A DNA stretch of 62,809 nt, the filler included, from Chiloscyllium plagiosum (lineage: Eukaryota), in NCBI RefSeq assembly GCF_004010195.1. It is 5 parts of one record of this genome, joined end to end, with 100 filler letters (N's around TTAATTAATTAA, not from the genome) between each part and the next. Parts side by side here need not be neighbours in the genome. Positions count along the whole stretch, not along the records: positions 11,246 to 33,682 come from NC_057710.1; positions 33,783 to 44,652 come from NC_057710.1; 3 more parts are not named here. One strand, 5' to 3'. Positions 25,700-37,845 of this stretch are shown one piece after another. The notes below the pieces were generated by a model, which was not told the DNA's origin, did no database searches, and saw only the letters and a list, made by a program, of their open reading frames with translations. Both the position numbers and the translations under genes were made by a program. Every line of letters begins with the position of its first letter. The stretch's first letter is position 1.

Positions 25700-27085
25700 T
25701 GCTAACTTTATGTTGGAGCATTCCTAGTTTGGCAGGATGTGACCAATGGTGTCCCACAAGAATCTGTGTTAAGTCCCCAGTTATTCACATTATTTACCAT
25801 TAACTTGGATGATGGCATAGAAACTGCTGAAAATGTGTTGCTGGAAAAGCGCAGCAGGTCAGGCAGCATCCAAGGAGCAGGAGAATCGACGTTTCGGGCA
25901 TGAGCCTTTCTTCAGGAATCGCTGGAGGCTTCGGATTTGTTGTAGGTACTGGTTGTCCTGGTTGGGTCCAAATTTTGTTGGTCGGAACGTAGTCCGGAGT
26001 CCGTGCGGGGTCAGTCTTCAGGCTCATGCCCGAAACGTCGATTCTCCTGTTCCTTGGATGCTGCCTGACCTGCTGCGCTTTTCCAGCAACATATTTTCAG
26101 CTCTGATCTCCAGCATCTGCAGTCCTCACTTTCTCCTCCCTGATGGCATAGAAAGTCATGCATCGAAATTTGCTGATTACACAAAGTTAGGTATCATTGC
26201 CGACAGTGTAAACGATAGCGTAAAATTACAAAATAAAGTTGGTAGATTCAATGAAAGGGAAAAACTGTGGCAGGATGGAGTTCAATATAAGCACTTGCAA
26301 GATTACCTATTTTGGAACAATAAAGTATACAAAAGGGTACTTTCTAGATGGTATGAAGTTAAATATAGTGGAGGTCCAAAGAGACTGAGGGGTTCAGGTG
26401 TATAGATCTTCAAAATTTCATGAACAGGTACAGAAAGTAATCAAGGTTGTTAATGTAATGCTGGCCTTTATATCTGGAGGACTGGAGCACAGGATACAGA
26501 AGTTGTACAAAACTCTGGCTAGACACCACTGGGAGTACTATGAGCAGATCTGGGTGTACACCTTCGGAAGGATACATTTGCCTTGGAGGGAGGACAACAT
26601 AAGTTTAGAAGAATGATTCCTGGACTTTAGGGGTTACGTTCTAAGGAGAGATTATATAAATTAGACTTTCTTGTTTCAGAATTTGAAAGGTTAAGTGATG
26701 ATCTGATCAAAGTCTTCAAGATATTAAGAGAAAAGGATGAAGTAAATAAAAATAAACTATTTCTGCTGATTGAGATTCTAGAACTAGGATGCACAATCTG
26801 AGAATTAGGATCAGACCATCTAGGAGAGATGTTCAGAAGCATTTCTATATACAAAAGATGTTTGGCATTTGGAACTCCACAAGCATGTTCTTCCACAATC
26901 AGCGGTGGATGTTGGATCGTTTGTTAATTTTAAATATAAAACAGATAATATTTTTGTTCAGCAAAGGTATTAAAGGATATGGGCAAAAGGCAAGAATATG
27001 GAGTTAGGCCATGGATCAGCCACCATCTCATGGAATGGCAAAACAGGCTCAAGGGGTAGAATGCCTGTTCTCATTCCTGTGTTTT
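25700..27085 (+). mobile_element. CR1 LINE RT and 3' end, interrupted by a PLE insertion
   Basis: ASKFADYTKLG and LYKTLARHHWEY motifs, followed by a CR1 3' UTR. Confidence 0.85.
25824..26140. mobile_element. Fold-back PLE insertion with ~100-bp internal spacer
   Basis: Inverted pLTR arms, perfect 14-bp TSD tgatggcatagaaa at 25810-25823 / 26141-26154, and a GC-rich spacer at 25920-26021. Confidence 0.92.
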
Positions 27086-28413
27086 TAATTTGGCTTCTCT
27101 GGCTGTACCAGACTCCTTTGGAGATTGAAAGGTTTTCTCCCCATTATTCTGATGAATGCAATTTGATTATTTCTTCTTCAATTTTGTTGGCTTGAACAAA
27201 ATAATGGAATCTCTCTGTGTTGGAGTATCAGTTTTCTATGTTGTTATCATATGGTGCCACGGTGCTAAATGGGAAGGACCTGCATAGTGTGATGTATGAC
27301 AAAATGTTCAGCATGACCTCATGTCTTCCCATTTAAAACAGTGTGTTCCTGAGGCTGCCTGTTTCTTTCAGAGTTTACACCCCTACCTCAAGGCATTTCC
27401 TCCCATGTAGCGTATTCATTACTCTCAGTGATCTTCAGGGTGGAACACATAGAAAGCTTCTTCTGCACTCTTTACCTCTTCCCTGGTGTAATTCTGACTC
27501 TCCTTGCATTGGTGTAGCAATGATGTCTTTTGGTTTCTTTTCATCTTTTTGTCAAAGCACCTCTGAGACCTGTAGTGAGGACTGTGATCCTTTTCTTGTG
27601 GAACCAATGGATTGACCCAATGGATCCTGAGGTAGTTTTCATCCTTGTCACCAATTTTCATTGGCTAAGCTGCAACAAAGACCAGGAAGCCAAAGTTTTT
27701 AATAGCAGAAGCTTTATTAAGGAGATGTTTACAGGCAGCAAGATGAGATTAAGCTGTTTCCCACCCAAAATAGCTGATGATATCATCATCACATCATGCG
27801 ATTGGATTATTAAAGTGACAGCCCACCATAGTGACCACATACAAAATCATCAGGGAACTGCAAGGAAATTCAAAACCTAATGTCATTAGAAGGCAGTTTC
27901 AGCAAGAGAGAATCACCTGGTTTCCTCAATAATTTCACAAAAGAACAACTCAACTACTACATTTTGACAGAACTTGCAGCATCAAGGAAAAATACAAAAG
28001 CTTAATGACTCTTGTATTTTGAATGCGAGTTGAATGTTCGCTGACAGTGCTAATTCAGCATTTAATTGAGCTATTATTGCAATAATGATTATACTTTCAG
28101 ACAATTGGGAAATTCAGAGTTCGAAAAGACAATTGGGAAATTAAAGAAGTTTTTAATGCTCTTTTCATGGTGAGTATGGTTCAAACAAAAGAGATTTATG
28201 AATTGACTTGATTGTTGTGTTGAGACCTTTTTACACATTTATATTTTTTAATAAATGGCACATAGTGTTCAGACACCAGCACTTGAAAGTCTCCAAAATG
28301 CTTATGGTAAAGTTTGAAGGAAAGATCCTGAATGATATTAGATTCTAATATGTGGAGTTCTCCCTCCTTCGTTGTTTTTTACCCATTCCATCCTGTTTGT
28401 CAAAATTAGTGCC

Positions 28414-29568
28414 ATCAATTCTTTTATTGTTAGCAGATGTTGACAGTAATATTAAAATCAGCTGCATTTCGAACTCTACCCTTGCCATCACATAAATGCA
28501 GCAAGGATCAAAGTGTGGTCAGCCAATATTCTTCCAGAACTATGGTGAAGGGAAACTTCCTGCAGCCTTGTCAGGTGCAGGAATCCTTTTGCTACACTTC
28601 CTTTATGTCCCCATTCCACTCCTCAAGATACTGAGAAGTGCCTTGACAGTGGAAATCAAATATGGGGCGGGAATTTTACATCCTTTCTTATTTTCATCAC
28701 AGAGTTGCCTTGGGAATTCAATTCCCCATCCCCGCTGTGATTGACTTAGAACCTGCCTGCTTGACTTGTTCCTAACAGTGGAAGGCAATAGCAAAACAAA
28801 GCTGACTAAATAGCTGTCAAAGAATCAGCTCAAGATGAAATAATGGTGGACAATGTGCTAAACCTTCAGGCAGACTACTTATGCCATGCAGATCATTCTC
28901 TCTAATTTATTTATTCCATCTCAACACTGCTTAACTCGCATTCCCAATTCACCCTGTATTACACATCCAGTGCTTGGCCTATACGAAACTGATGCTTACC
29001 TGCACAATACAATAGGTATGCCAAGGCTCCATCTTTCCTTGACCATTAATTCTGAAGCTGTTTCTGTACTTCCTGACTTACTATTTGACTTTGACTCCTG
29101 AATCCATTAATATTTCCTTAACCTCAACAACAATGTTACTGAAGACATTCTTTCAAATTGTATGTCTCATATTTAGCTTGATTAATTGTCTCTAATGTCC
29201 TTTGGTCTGATGGAAAAAGTGAGGACTGCAGATGCTGGAGATCAGAGTCGAAGAGTGTGATGTTGGAAAAGCAGGGAGTCAGCCAGCATCCGAGGAGCAG
29301 GAGAGTCGACATTTTGAGCATAAGTACTTCATCAGGAATGAGCACCACCCACTTTGAATTTGGTCTGATGTCCAATGATTGTATCATATTCATTCCTGAC
29401 CAAGCACCTGACAAGGCTGCAGGGAGTTTTCCTTCACCATAGTTCTGGAAGAATATTGGCTGACCACACTTTGATCCTTGCTGCATTTATGTGATGGCAA
29501 GGGCAGAGTTCGAAATGCAGCTGATTTTAATATCACTGTCAACATCTGCTAACAATAAAAGAATTGAT
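28414..29568. repeat. 165-bp inverted duplication (28414-28578 vs 29404-29568)
   Basis: Direct comparison gives 4 mismatches in 165 bp. The ORF track shows the same peptide MQQGSKCGQPIFFQNYGEGKLPAALSGA on both strands. Confidence 0.95.
29213..29358 (-). mobile_element. PLE pLTR insertion
   Basis: pLTR reverse complement with a 12-bp TSD tttggtctgatg at 29201-29212 / 29359-29370. Confidence 0.85.
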
Positions 29569-29662
29569 TCCTGAACAAGGGCTTATGCCCGAAACGTCGA
29601 TTCTCCTGTTCCTTGGATACTGCCTGACCTGCTGCGCTTTTCCAGCAACACATTTTCACCTC
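29567..29662 (+). mobile_element. PLE pLTR fragment abutting the duplicated segment
   Basis: attcctgaacaagggcttatgcccgaaacgtc...acacattttcacctc. Confidence 0.88.
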
Positions 29663-30033
29663 AATTTATCTAACACCCATTATGTCAGTTCTTTCATCAT
29701 TGAAATGTAAAGTTTGTATCCTGCCATTTTTTTGCCATCACAAAGATCTTAATACTTGTGTGTTTCTTTTTGAAAGCTAGTTTTCTTATTAACATTAAAT
29801 CAGAATTTTATGAATTCCACTCAGAGATCTTAACAAATAAACTAGAAAATCTGCTTTGTGTAATGCTAAAGGACTGCTACAATTTTAGAGATTCTGTCTT
29901 TTATAGAAGTCAAATATACATTAAAGATCTCTTGGTACTGCTCCCGATGTTGTGGTAATATGTTGGACTAGTAATCCAGAATCTCAGGCTAATGTTCTAG
30001 AGATATTGTTATGATTCCAATCATGGCAGATGT

Positions 30034-30349
30034 TTAGATTAGATTAGATTACTTACAGTGTGGAAACAGGCCCTTCGGCCCAACAAGTCCACACCACCCC
30101 GCCGAAGCGCAACCCACCTATACCCCTACATTTACCCCTTACCTGACACTCCGGGCAATTTAGCGTGGCCAATTCACCTGACCTGCACATCTTTGGACTG
30201 TGGGAGGAAACCGGAGCACCCGGAGGAAACCCACGCAGACACGGGGAGAACGTGCAAACTCCACACAGTCAGTCGCCTGAGGCGGGAATTGAACCCGGGT
30301 CTCTGGCGCTGTGAGGAGCAGTGCTAACCACTGTGCCACCGTGCCGCCC
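30034..30349 (-). mobile_element. Full-length young HE1-type V-SINE
   Basis: gggcggcacggtggcacagtggttagca head with A/B-box-like motifs, V-domain and (taatc)n tail. Confidence 0.93.
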
Positions 30350-30466
30350 ACTGAAATGTTGAATTCTGAATTCAATAAAAATCTGGAGTAAAAAGCCTTT
30401 CTTCTGATAACCATACAGATATTATTGTAAAAATCTATCTGGTTTCCTTTTAGGGAATGAAATCTG

Positions 30467-30669
30467 TTAAATATGTGTTGCTGGAAAAGCGCAGCAGGTC
30501 AGGCAGCATCCAAGGAACAGGAGAATCGACGTTTCGGGCATGAGCCCTTCATCAGGCTCGTGCCCGAAACGTCGATTCTCCTGTTCCTTGGATGCTGCCT
30601 GACCTGCTGCGCTTTTCCAGCAACACATTTTCAGCTCTGATCTCCAGCATCTGCAGTCCTCACTTTCTC
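30467..30669. mobile_element. Fold-back PLE pLTR insertion
   Basis: Inverted arms joined at catcagg|ctcgtgccc. TSD aatgaaatctg at 30456-30466 / 30670-30680. Confidence 0.9.
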
Positions 30670-32889
30670 AATGAAATCTGCTACCCTAGGCTGGTCTAAC
30701 TTAAGTAAGAGTCCAGACCTGGAGCAATGTGATTAACCTTTAATTGCCTGCTGGGTAATTAGGGATGCTCAGCAAATGTTGACCTGGCCTGTGATGTCTA
30801 CATCCCATAAATGAGTAAAAATAACATCATTCTCTCAATCAACGTCACTAAAAATAAGGTTTTCATGAGATTATCTGTATACCAATTATGAAATTATCTG
30901 TATAAAAATTAGCTGCAGCATTTAATTATGTAACAGCAATAACTACACTTGAAAAGTAATTGAATTCAAACAGTTTAGAATGTGTGATGAACCAAATAAC
31001 GTGTTACTTAAATGTTAGCATTTGGTTTTCAATGATATGTACATCTTCATTAACTAAGAACAGAAGAGAGAATTTAGTAATTTATACACATACCACATTT
31101 TAATCATAGCTATTAGCAAAACTTACATCTATACAGATATCTAATTTCTGATAACTGCTAGAGATAAGACCAGTAGTACTACCTCATCTTCTCAGCAATT
31201 GATAGCAGCTATACTGAAAGAAATTTTGTGAAAATTCTATTGAACAAATAGAATTGAAGATCTTCAAGAAAGAATTGCTTTAAAATTCAAATCTTGGATT
31301 TTATACTTGCTGTTGACTGAAGGAGCGCATTGTACACAAACTGACTCTCTTAAAGAAACTGTCTATCAGTGATTAGGATAAATATAATGCAGCACTACAA
31401 AGGTTCATTATTACTATTCAACACAATTAAAAGACCTCAGAGACATGACATCCAACCTGTTACTAACAACTGATTAATTAAATGAGCTGAAACTCTGCTT
31501 CATGAACAAAAGAAATCCACCACCCCACCACCAGCCTTGCAAGAACTTGTCGTCTTTGCTGTAAAAGGAGAGAATCATGTCAATTTCAAGGCAGTGAGTG
31601 ACATGGAATCAGGACAAGGTGAGAGATTTTCAAGGGCTTCGGGAGGCAGGGGAGTATTACAAACAGCCACCCTTTTGTCTTTAATATCTACATGTTGATG
31701 ACTCTCCACCTGGGATCTCCATTCCTCCCCAGTTATCTGACTCTGGAGGATCCATTCACTATCTTCTGCATAGTGTATAACTAGCTGTGCCCACTGCTCC
31801 TGCTCCCACTAGAAGGTAATATGTTTTAATGTCCCCTGAGGAGCCAGGAGTATTGCAGCAGGGTTTCCTCTGTCAATTAAACACTTTATTCTGTCAGGTT
31901 CTCTGGAGACTCTGGAAAACACAGTCAAACTGGCTAAGTGGGATACTCGAATGACTTAACCTATATAAGTCAAAATGAGGACTAGTACAATCAATTTGTT
32001 CATTTCCAACTGTTTTTGGCTTTTATTGCTTTTTCCCTCTGGTGAACAGGTCAATGGGGGATCACTGGTTATCATTTCAGAGGTCAGGCACACCCAGTCT
32101 GAACTCACTGCCATTGATGCCCATGTCAGATTGTTCAATTCCACCCATTGGAACAGCTCTTGGCTGTTTCACATATTGGAGTTGTTCTGCTGTTTAATGA
32201 GATCGTGGATGATTTGAAATGTAACATCATGGGCATTGCCTTATAATTGCTTGATATAATTGGCTGCCAAAAGTCATGAATCTCAAATATAAAATAAACA
32301 ATTGATCTAATATTAATTACCATTTGTGGAAGAGAATTCCAAACTTCTACTACCATCACATGTACAAGTATTCTCCGATTTTCACTTCTGAAGGTTTGGC
32401 TCCAATTTTTAAGGTAATGTCCCCTTAGTTCCAGACTCTTCAGCCAGTGGAAATGATGTGCATCTATTTACCCTAACTGTCACCAGGAAAATTCTGAGCG
32501 TTTCAATCTAATCCCTTCTTTACCTTCTAAATTGTAACCTTTGTTTACAATTTAATTCTTGAGTCTAGATTTCTGTTAATTTCGTGTGAGACTTCCTCTG
32601 GAGGGAATATATCTTTACTGGCATTTAATGCTAGGAGCTGCTTACAATACCCGAGATGTGCATGACCATTGTTTTGTATAGTTGAAGCATAAGTTTTACT
32701 CTTTCATATTCTCCTTCGGTGGATAAACATGCCTATTGATTGATTTCTGTACCTGTTACTGATATTTAATGACCTATTTATCTGGATCCCCAGTCTCTTT
32801 GCACATTTAGTAATTGTAGCATTTCCCAAATTAGAGAATATCCAGTATTATTCCTTTTAGTTACAATTAATCCCATATTAATTGATATT

Positions 32890-33682
32890 ACGATGTTTTG
32901 TAGAGGCCTCGGCGAGACTACATCTGAGGTATTGTGTATAGTTGTGGTCACCTTGTCTGAGAAAAGATGTTCTGGCTTATCAGAGAGTTGAACAAAGGTT
33001 TACCAGACTGCTCCTTGGCATGGCAAAACTAACATGAGAAGAGAGACTGGATCGGTTAGGATAAGATTCACTGGAATTAAATGAATGAGGGGGCTTCTCA
33101 GATAAACCTATAAAATTCTAACAGAACCAGACAGGGTAAACATAGGAAGGATGTTCCGGATGACCTGGAAGTCCAGAACTAGGGATCACAATTTAAAGTT
33201 ATGAGGAAGACCTTATAGGACTGAGATGAGGAGCAATTTCTTCACCCAGAGAGTGGTGAATCTGTGGAATTCTCTGCCATTCAAAGTGATTGAAGTCAAA
33301 TCATTGAATGTTTCAAACAGATGTTAAAGAGAGTTATTCAGGTTAAAGGGATTAAAGGGTATGGGGAGAAAGCAGAAAAGGATACTGAGTTAAGACTGAA
33401 ATTGGGCCCTTGAAGACAGAAACAGGGGAATATATTACGGGCAACAAAGAAATGGCAGAAGAATTGAATTGGTACTTCAGACCTGTGTTCACTGGGGAAG
33501 ACACAAGCAATCTCCCAGAGGTAATAGTGGCTGAAGGACCTGAACTGAAGGGAATTTATATATGCCAGGAATTGGTGTTAGAGAGACTGTTAGGTCTGAA
33601 GGTTGATAAGTCCCCGGGGCCTGATGGTCTACATCCCAGGGTACTGAAGGAGGTGGCTCGAGAAATCGTGGATGCGTTGGTG
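32890..33682 (+). mobile_element. CR1 LINE fragments (3' end, then an ORF2 pre-RT segment)
   Basis: ORF 33410-33682 reads LKVDKSPGPDGLHPRVLKE, preceded by CR1 C-terminal motifs. Confidence 0.85.
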
Positions 33683-33782
33683 NNNNNNNNNNNNNNNNNN
33701 NNNNNNNNNNNNNNNNNNNNNNNNNNTTAATTAATTAANNNNNNNNNNNNNNNNNNNNNNNNNNNNNNNNNNNNNNNNNNNN

Positions 33783-34157
33783 TGAGGTGTACAGGGATTG
33801 GATGTCCATGGTGAAGATAAGGCGTTGGGGACCGGGGAAGCGAAAATCATGGAGTAGGTGGAGGGCGTGGATGGTGTCCCGAACATAGGTGGGGAGTTCT
33901 TGGACTAAGGGGGACATGACCGTGTCGAGGTATGCAGAGATGAGTTCGGTGGGGCAGGGACAGGACCGTGTCGAGGTATGCAGCGATGAGTTCGGTGGGG
34001 CAGGGACAGGACCGTGTCAAGGTATGCAGAGATGAGATGGGTGGGGCGTCTCAGCCTGCCCATCCACCGCCTCCAACCTCATAGTCCCATTACCCCGCAC
34101 CGCCCGTTTCTACCTCCTGCCCATTGTCTCAGTCTGCTCCTGCCCCACCGAACTCAG
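33783..34157 (-). mobile_element. PLE RT fragment with a 46-bp tandem triplication and an inversion
   Basis: LPTYVRDT..LIFTMDIQSLYTS is PLE RT motif 3. Repeat units start at 33918, 33964 and 34010. Confidence 0.85.
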
Positions 34158-34194
34158 NNNNNNNNNNNNNNNNNNNNNNNNNNNNNNNNNNNNN

Positions 34195-34522
34195 CCCCCA
34201 CCTTGTCTCAGTCAAATCCCTCGAACTCAGCACCGCCTTCCTCACCTGCAATCATCTTCCTGACCTCTCCGCCCCCACCCCACTCCGGCCTATCACCCTC
34301 ACCTTGACCTCCCTAAACCTATCGCATTTCCAAACGCCTCCCCCAAGTCCCTCCTCCCTACCTTTCATCGTAGCCTGCTGGACACACTATCCTCATTCCT
34401 GAAGAAGGGCTTATGCCCGAAACGTCGATTCTCCTGTTCCTTGGATGCTGCCTGACCTGCTGCGCTTTTCCAGCAACACATTTTCAGCTCTGATCTCCAG
34501 CATCTGCAGCCCTCACTTTCTC
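34195..34522 (+). mobile_element. PLE 3' UTR/pLTR with hammerhead motif at 34395-34430
   Basis: attcCTGAAGAaGGGCttatGCCCGAAACGTCgatt. Confidence 0.88.
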
Positions 34523-35152
34523 TACAGGAGTTGGGAGGTCAAGTTGCGGCTGTACAGGACATTGGTTGGGCCACTGTTGGAATATTGCGTGCAATTCTGG
34601 TCTCCGTTCAGAGACAAACCAATAAGTTCTTTGTAGAATTACCCCACTGTGTTGCTTATATAGATCACCTGGTGATTTTCAGTCACACGTGGAAGGAACA
34701 TTTATAACATTTATCAGACTTGTTCGATCGACTTTGAAGGCTGAGGGGTGACAAAATTATGAGGTTTACAAAATTATGAGGAGCATGGATAGGGTAAATA
34801 GGCAAAGTCTTTTCCCTGGAGTCAGGAACTCCAGAACTAGACGGCATAGGTTTAGGGTGAGAGGGGTAAGATATGAAAGAGACCTAAGGGGAAACCTTTT
34901 CATGCAGAGGGTAGTACGTGTATAGAATGAGCTGCCAGAGGCTGTGGCGGAGGCTGGTACAATTGCAACATGTAAGAGGCATTTGGATGGGTATATGAAT
35001 AGGAAGACTTTGGTGGGATATGGGCCGGATGCTGGCAGGTGGGACTAGATTGGGTTGGGATATCTGGTCGGCATGGACGGGTTGGACCGAAGGGTCTGTT
35101 GGACCGAAGGGTCTGTTTCCATGCGGTACATCTCTATGACTCTATGACTCTA
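34523..35152 (+). mobile_element. CR1 3' end containing a foreign segment
   Basis: LYRTLVGPLLEYCVQFWSP and a (ctatgact)n tail. 34606-34737 is not CR1. Confidence 0.88.
34606..34737 (+). mobile_element. Ty3/Gypsy RT fragment
   Basis: Translates as VQRQTNKFFVELPHCVAYIDHLVIFSHTWKEHL*HLSDLFDRL, matching the Gypsy FQR..YIDD..IFS.TW.EHL pattern. Confidence 0.8.
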
Positions 35153-37845
35153 TCTCCCTGTATCCCATACTTCCTGATTTTATGAATGAGCCTACCATGG
35201 GGAACCTGACTGTAACCCAGCCTTGCTGAAGTCCATATATACCACATGCACTGCTCGACCTTCATCAACCTGTCTGGTCACCTCCTCAAAGAACTCAATC
35301 AGATTTGCGAGGCATGACCTGCCCCTCACAAAGCTATGCTGATGCCTTTAATCACGCTATGCTTTGCCAAATAGTCATAAATCCTATCCCTCAGAATTCT
35401 TTCCAAAACTTTGCTGACCACACATATGAGACTGACTGGTCTGTAAATGCCAGGGATTTCCCTATTATCCTTCTTGAAAAGAGGAACATCATTCCCCTCC
35501 TTCCAATCCTCCGGTACAACTCGCATGGAGAGTTAGGAGGCATAGAACTTCGCCAGCAGCTTAGCAACCTCCTTTCTCGCTTCCCGGAGCAGCCTAGGAT
35601 AAATCTGGTCTGGCCCTGGGAACTTATCAATCTGAATGTTTGCCAAAAATTCCAGCACATTAACTTCTTCAATCTTGATCTGGTCAAGCCTGTATCCCAG
35701 CTCCTCAAAGTTCTCATTCACAACAAGGTCCCTTTCCTTCGTGAAAACCAAAGCAAAAGACTCATTTAGGACTTCCCCTATCTGCTCAGATTCCATGCAC
35801 AAGTTCCCTCCACTATCCCTGATCGTCCCTAACGTCTCCCTGATCATTCTCTTATTCCTCACGTATAAGTAAAATGTCTTTGGGTTCTCCATAATCCTTC
35901 TTGCCAAGTCTTTATCATGCCCCCTCCTGGCTTTCCTCAGGCCATTTCTGAGGTCCTCTCTCGCAAGCCTGTACTCCTCTAAAGCTGTGCTAGATCCTTG
36001 CTTCCTCCACCTTACGTAAGCTGCCTTCTTCCTTTTGATGAGAAACCCCTCTGTTCTTGTCATCCAAGCTTCCTTAATTTTACCCCTTCTTACCTGTCTC
36101 AGAGGAATAAATGCATGCATCACTCGCAACAACTGTTCCTTAAACAGTCTCCACATGTCTGCTGTGCCCTTCCTGTGGAACAATTGCTCCCAGTCTGTAC
36201 TTCCAAACTCCTGTCTGACAGTGTCATAATTTCCTTTTCCTCAATTAAATATCTTCCCTCGGTAACTGCTCCTTTCCCTCTCCAAGTCTATGGTAAATGT
36301 GAGGCAGTTGTGATCATTGTCACCAAAGTGTTCTCCCACCACGAGATCTGACACCTGTCCTGGCTCATTGCCGAGCACCAAATCCAAATGGCCTCTCCCC
36401 TCGTTGGTCTGTCTACATACTGAAGAAGGAAACCCTCCTAAACACACCTGACAAAAACCACTCCATCCAAACCATCTGCACTAAGGAGGTTCCAGTCGAT
36501 ATTGGGAAAGTTGAAATCACCCATAACAACAACCCTGCTACTTCTGCGTTTGTTCCAGAATCTACCTGCCTATGAGATCTTCAATCTCTCTACTGCTATT
36601 TGGTGGTCTGCAGAAAACCCCCAATGCTGTGGCTGTTCCCTTGCTGTTCCTAACTTCCATCCATACTGACTCAGCAGACAGGCGTTACTCAACAACCTTC
36701 GTTTCTGTAGCTGTGATGCACTCTCTGATTAGCGATGCGACACCACTTCCTATTTTTCCACCTTCCCTGTTCTTTTTAAAAGTTCTAAACCCTGGAACAT
36801 CAAGCAACCATTCCTGCCCCTGTGAAACTCACGTCTCCGTTATGGCCACAAGATCATAGCCCCAAGTACTGATCCATGCTCTAAGTTCGTCACTCTTATT
36901 TTGGACACTCCTTGCGTTAAAGCAGACACACTTTAACCGATCCCTTTGTTTTATCGTGTGAGATACCTTCCCAATAGATTCACTACATCCTGTCACTGCC
37001 CCATCCGCAACTGTCCTCCTCTCTGACATGTGGCTCTGATTCCCACCCCCCTGCCAACCTAGTTTAAACCCTCCCGAACCACACAAGCAAATCTCCCATC
37101 CAGGATATTTGTGCCCCTCCAGTTCAGGTCCTTCATGTACAGGTCCCACCTTCCCCAGAAGGTATCCCAATGGTCTAGGTATCTGAAGCTCTCCCTCCTG
37201 CACAAGCCTCACAGGCACATGTTAAGCTGCATTCACTGCCTGTTCCCCATCTCACTATCTCGTGGCATCAGTAGCAAACCCGAGATCACTACTCTAGTCA
37301 TCCTGCTCTTCAGCTTCCAACCTAACTCCCTGTAGTCACTTTTCAGATCCTCAATCCCTTTCCTGGCTATATCATTGGTGCCAATATGTACCATGATTTC
37401 TGGCTGCTCTCCCTCCCCCTTCAGAATCCTGTAAACGCGATCGGTGACATTCTGGACCCTGGCACTGGGGAGGCAACATACCTCTGGGAGTTCCGTTCCT
37501 GACCACAAAACCTCCTGTCAATCTGTCTGACTATTGAGTCCCCTTCCACTAGCAATTTTCTATTCTCCCCCCTTCCCTTCTGAGCTACAGTGCCAGGTTC
37601 AGTGCCAGAGCCCTGACAAGTATGGCTTTCCCCAGTAGGCCGTCCCTACCAGCAGTATCCAAAACAGTATAGTTATTGCTGACGGAAACGGCCACAAGGG
37701 ATCCCTGCTCTGACCGTCGGTTCCCTTTCCTCCTCCTGACTGTAACCCAGCTGTCCTTATCCTGTGTCTGAGGAGTGACCACCTCCCTGTATATCCTCTC
37801 AATCTTTCCCTCAGCCTCCTGGATGATCTGTAATTCATCCAGCCC
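35153..37845 (-). mobile_element. CR1 LINE 5' half: ORF1 SGNH/esterase-like domain, ORF2 APE endonuclease and start of RT (frameshifted)
   Basis: VCCLPSARV..VHIGTNDI (ORF1); LKCVCFNARSV..VAITET and LDLVLG..DNDH (APE); DKFPGPDQIYPRLL and YRPVSL (RT). Confidence 0.92.

Larger units (their letters stand above)
29940..30820 (+). mobile_element. Older tRNA-derived SINE with L2-like tail, interrupted twice
   Basis: Colinear with 38229-38570 once the HE1 and PLE inserts are removed. Confidence 0.65.

Noticed and set aside
27340..27880. Cluster of overlapping short ORFs
   Set aside because: No recognisable domain on either strand; likely decayed repeat or random sequence.
28437..28578. Duplicated segment as a coding exon
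   Set aside because: An acceptor-like site is present, but the donor is weak, one frame has a stop and no peptide is recognisable.
30270..30349. tRNA gene
   Set aside because: It is the tRNA-derived head of a SINE, continuous with the V-domain and LINE-like tail.
33918..34046. CRISPR-like array
   Set aside because: Contiguous tandem units without unique spacers, in a eukaryotic retroelement context.
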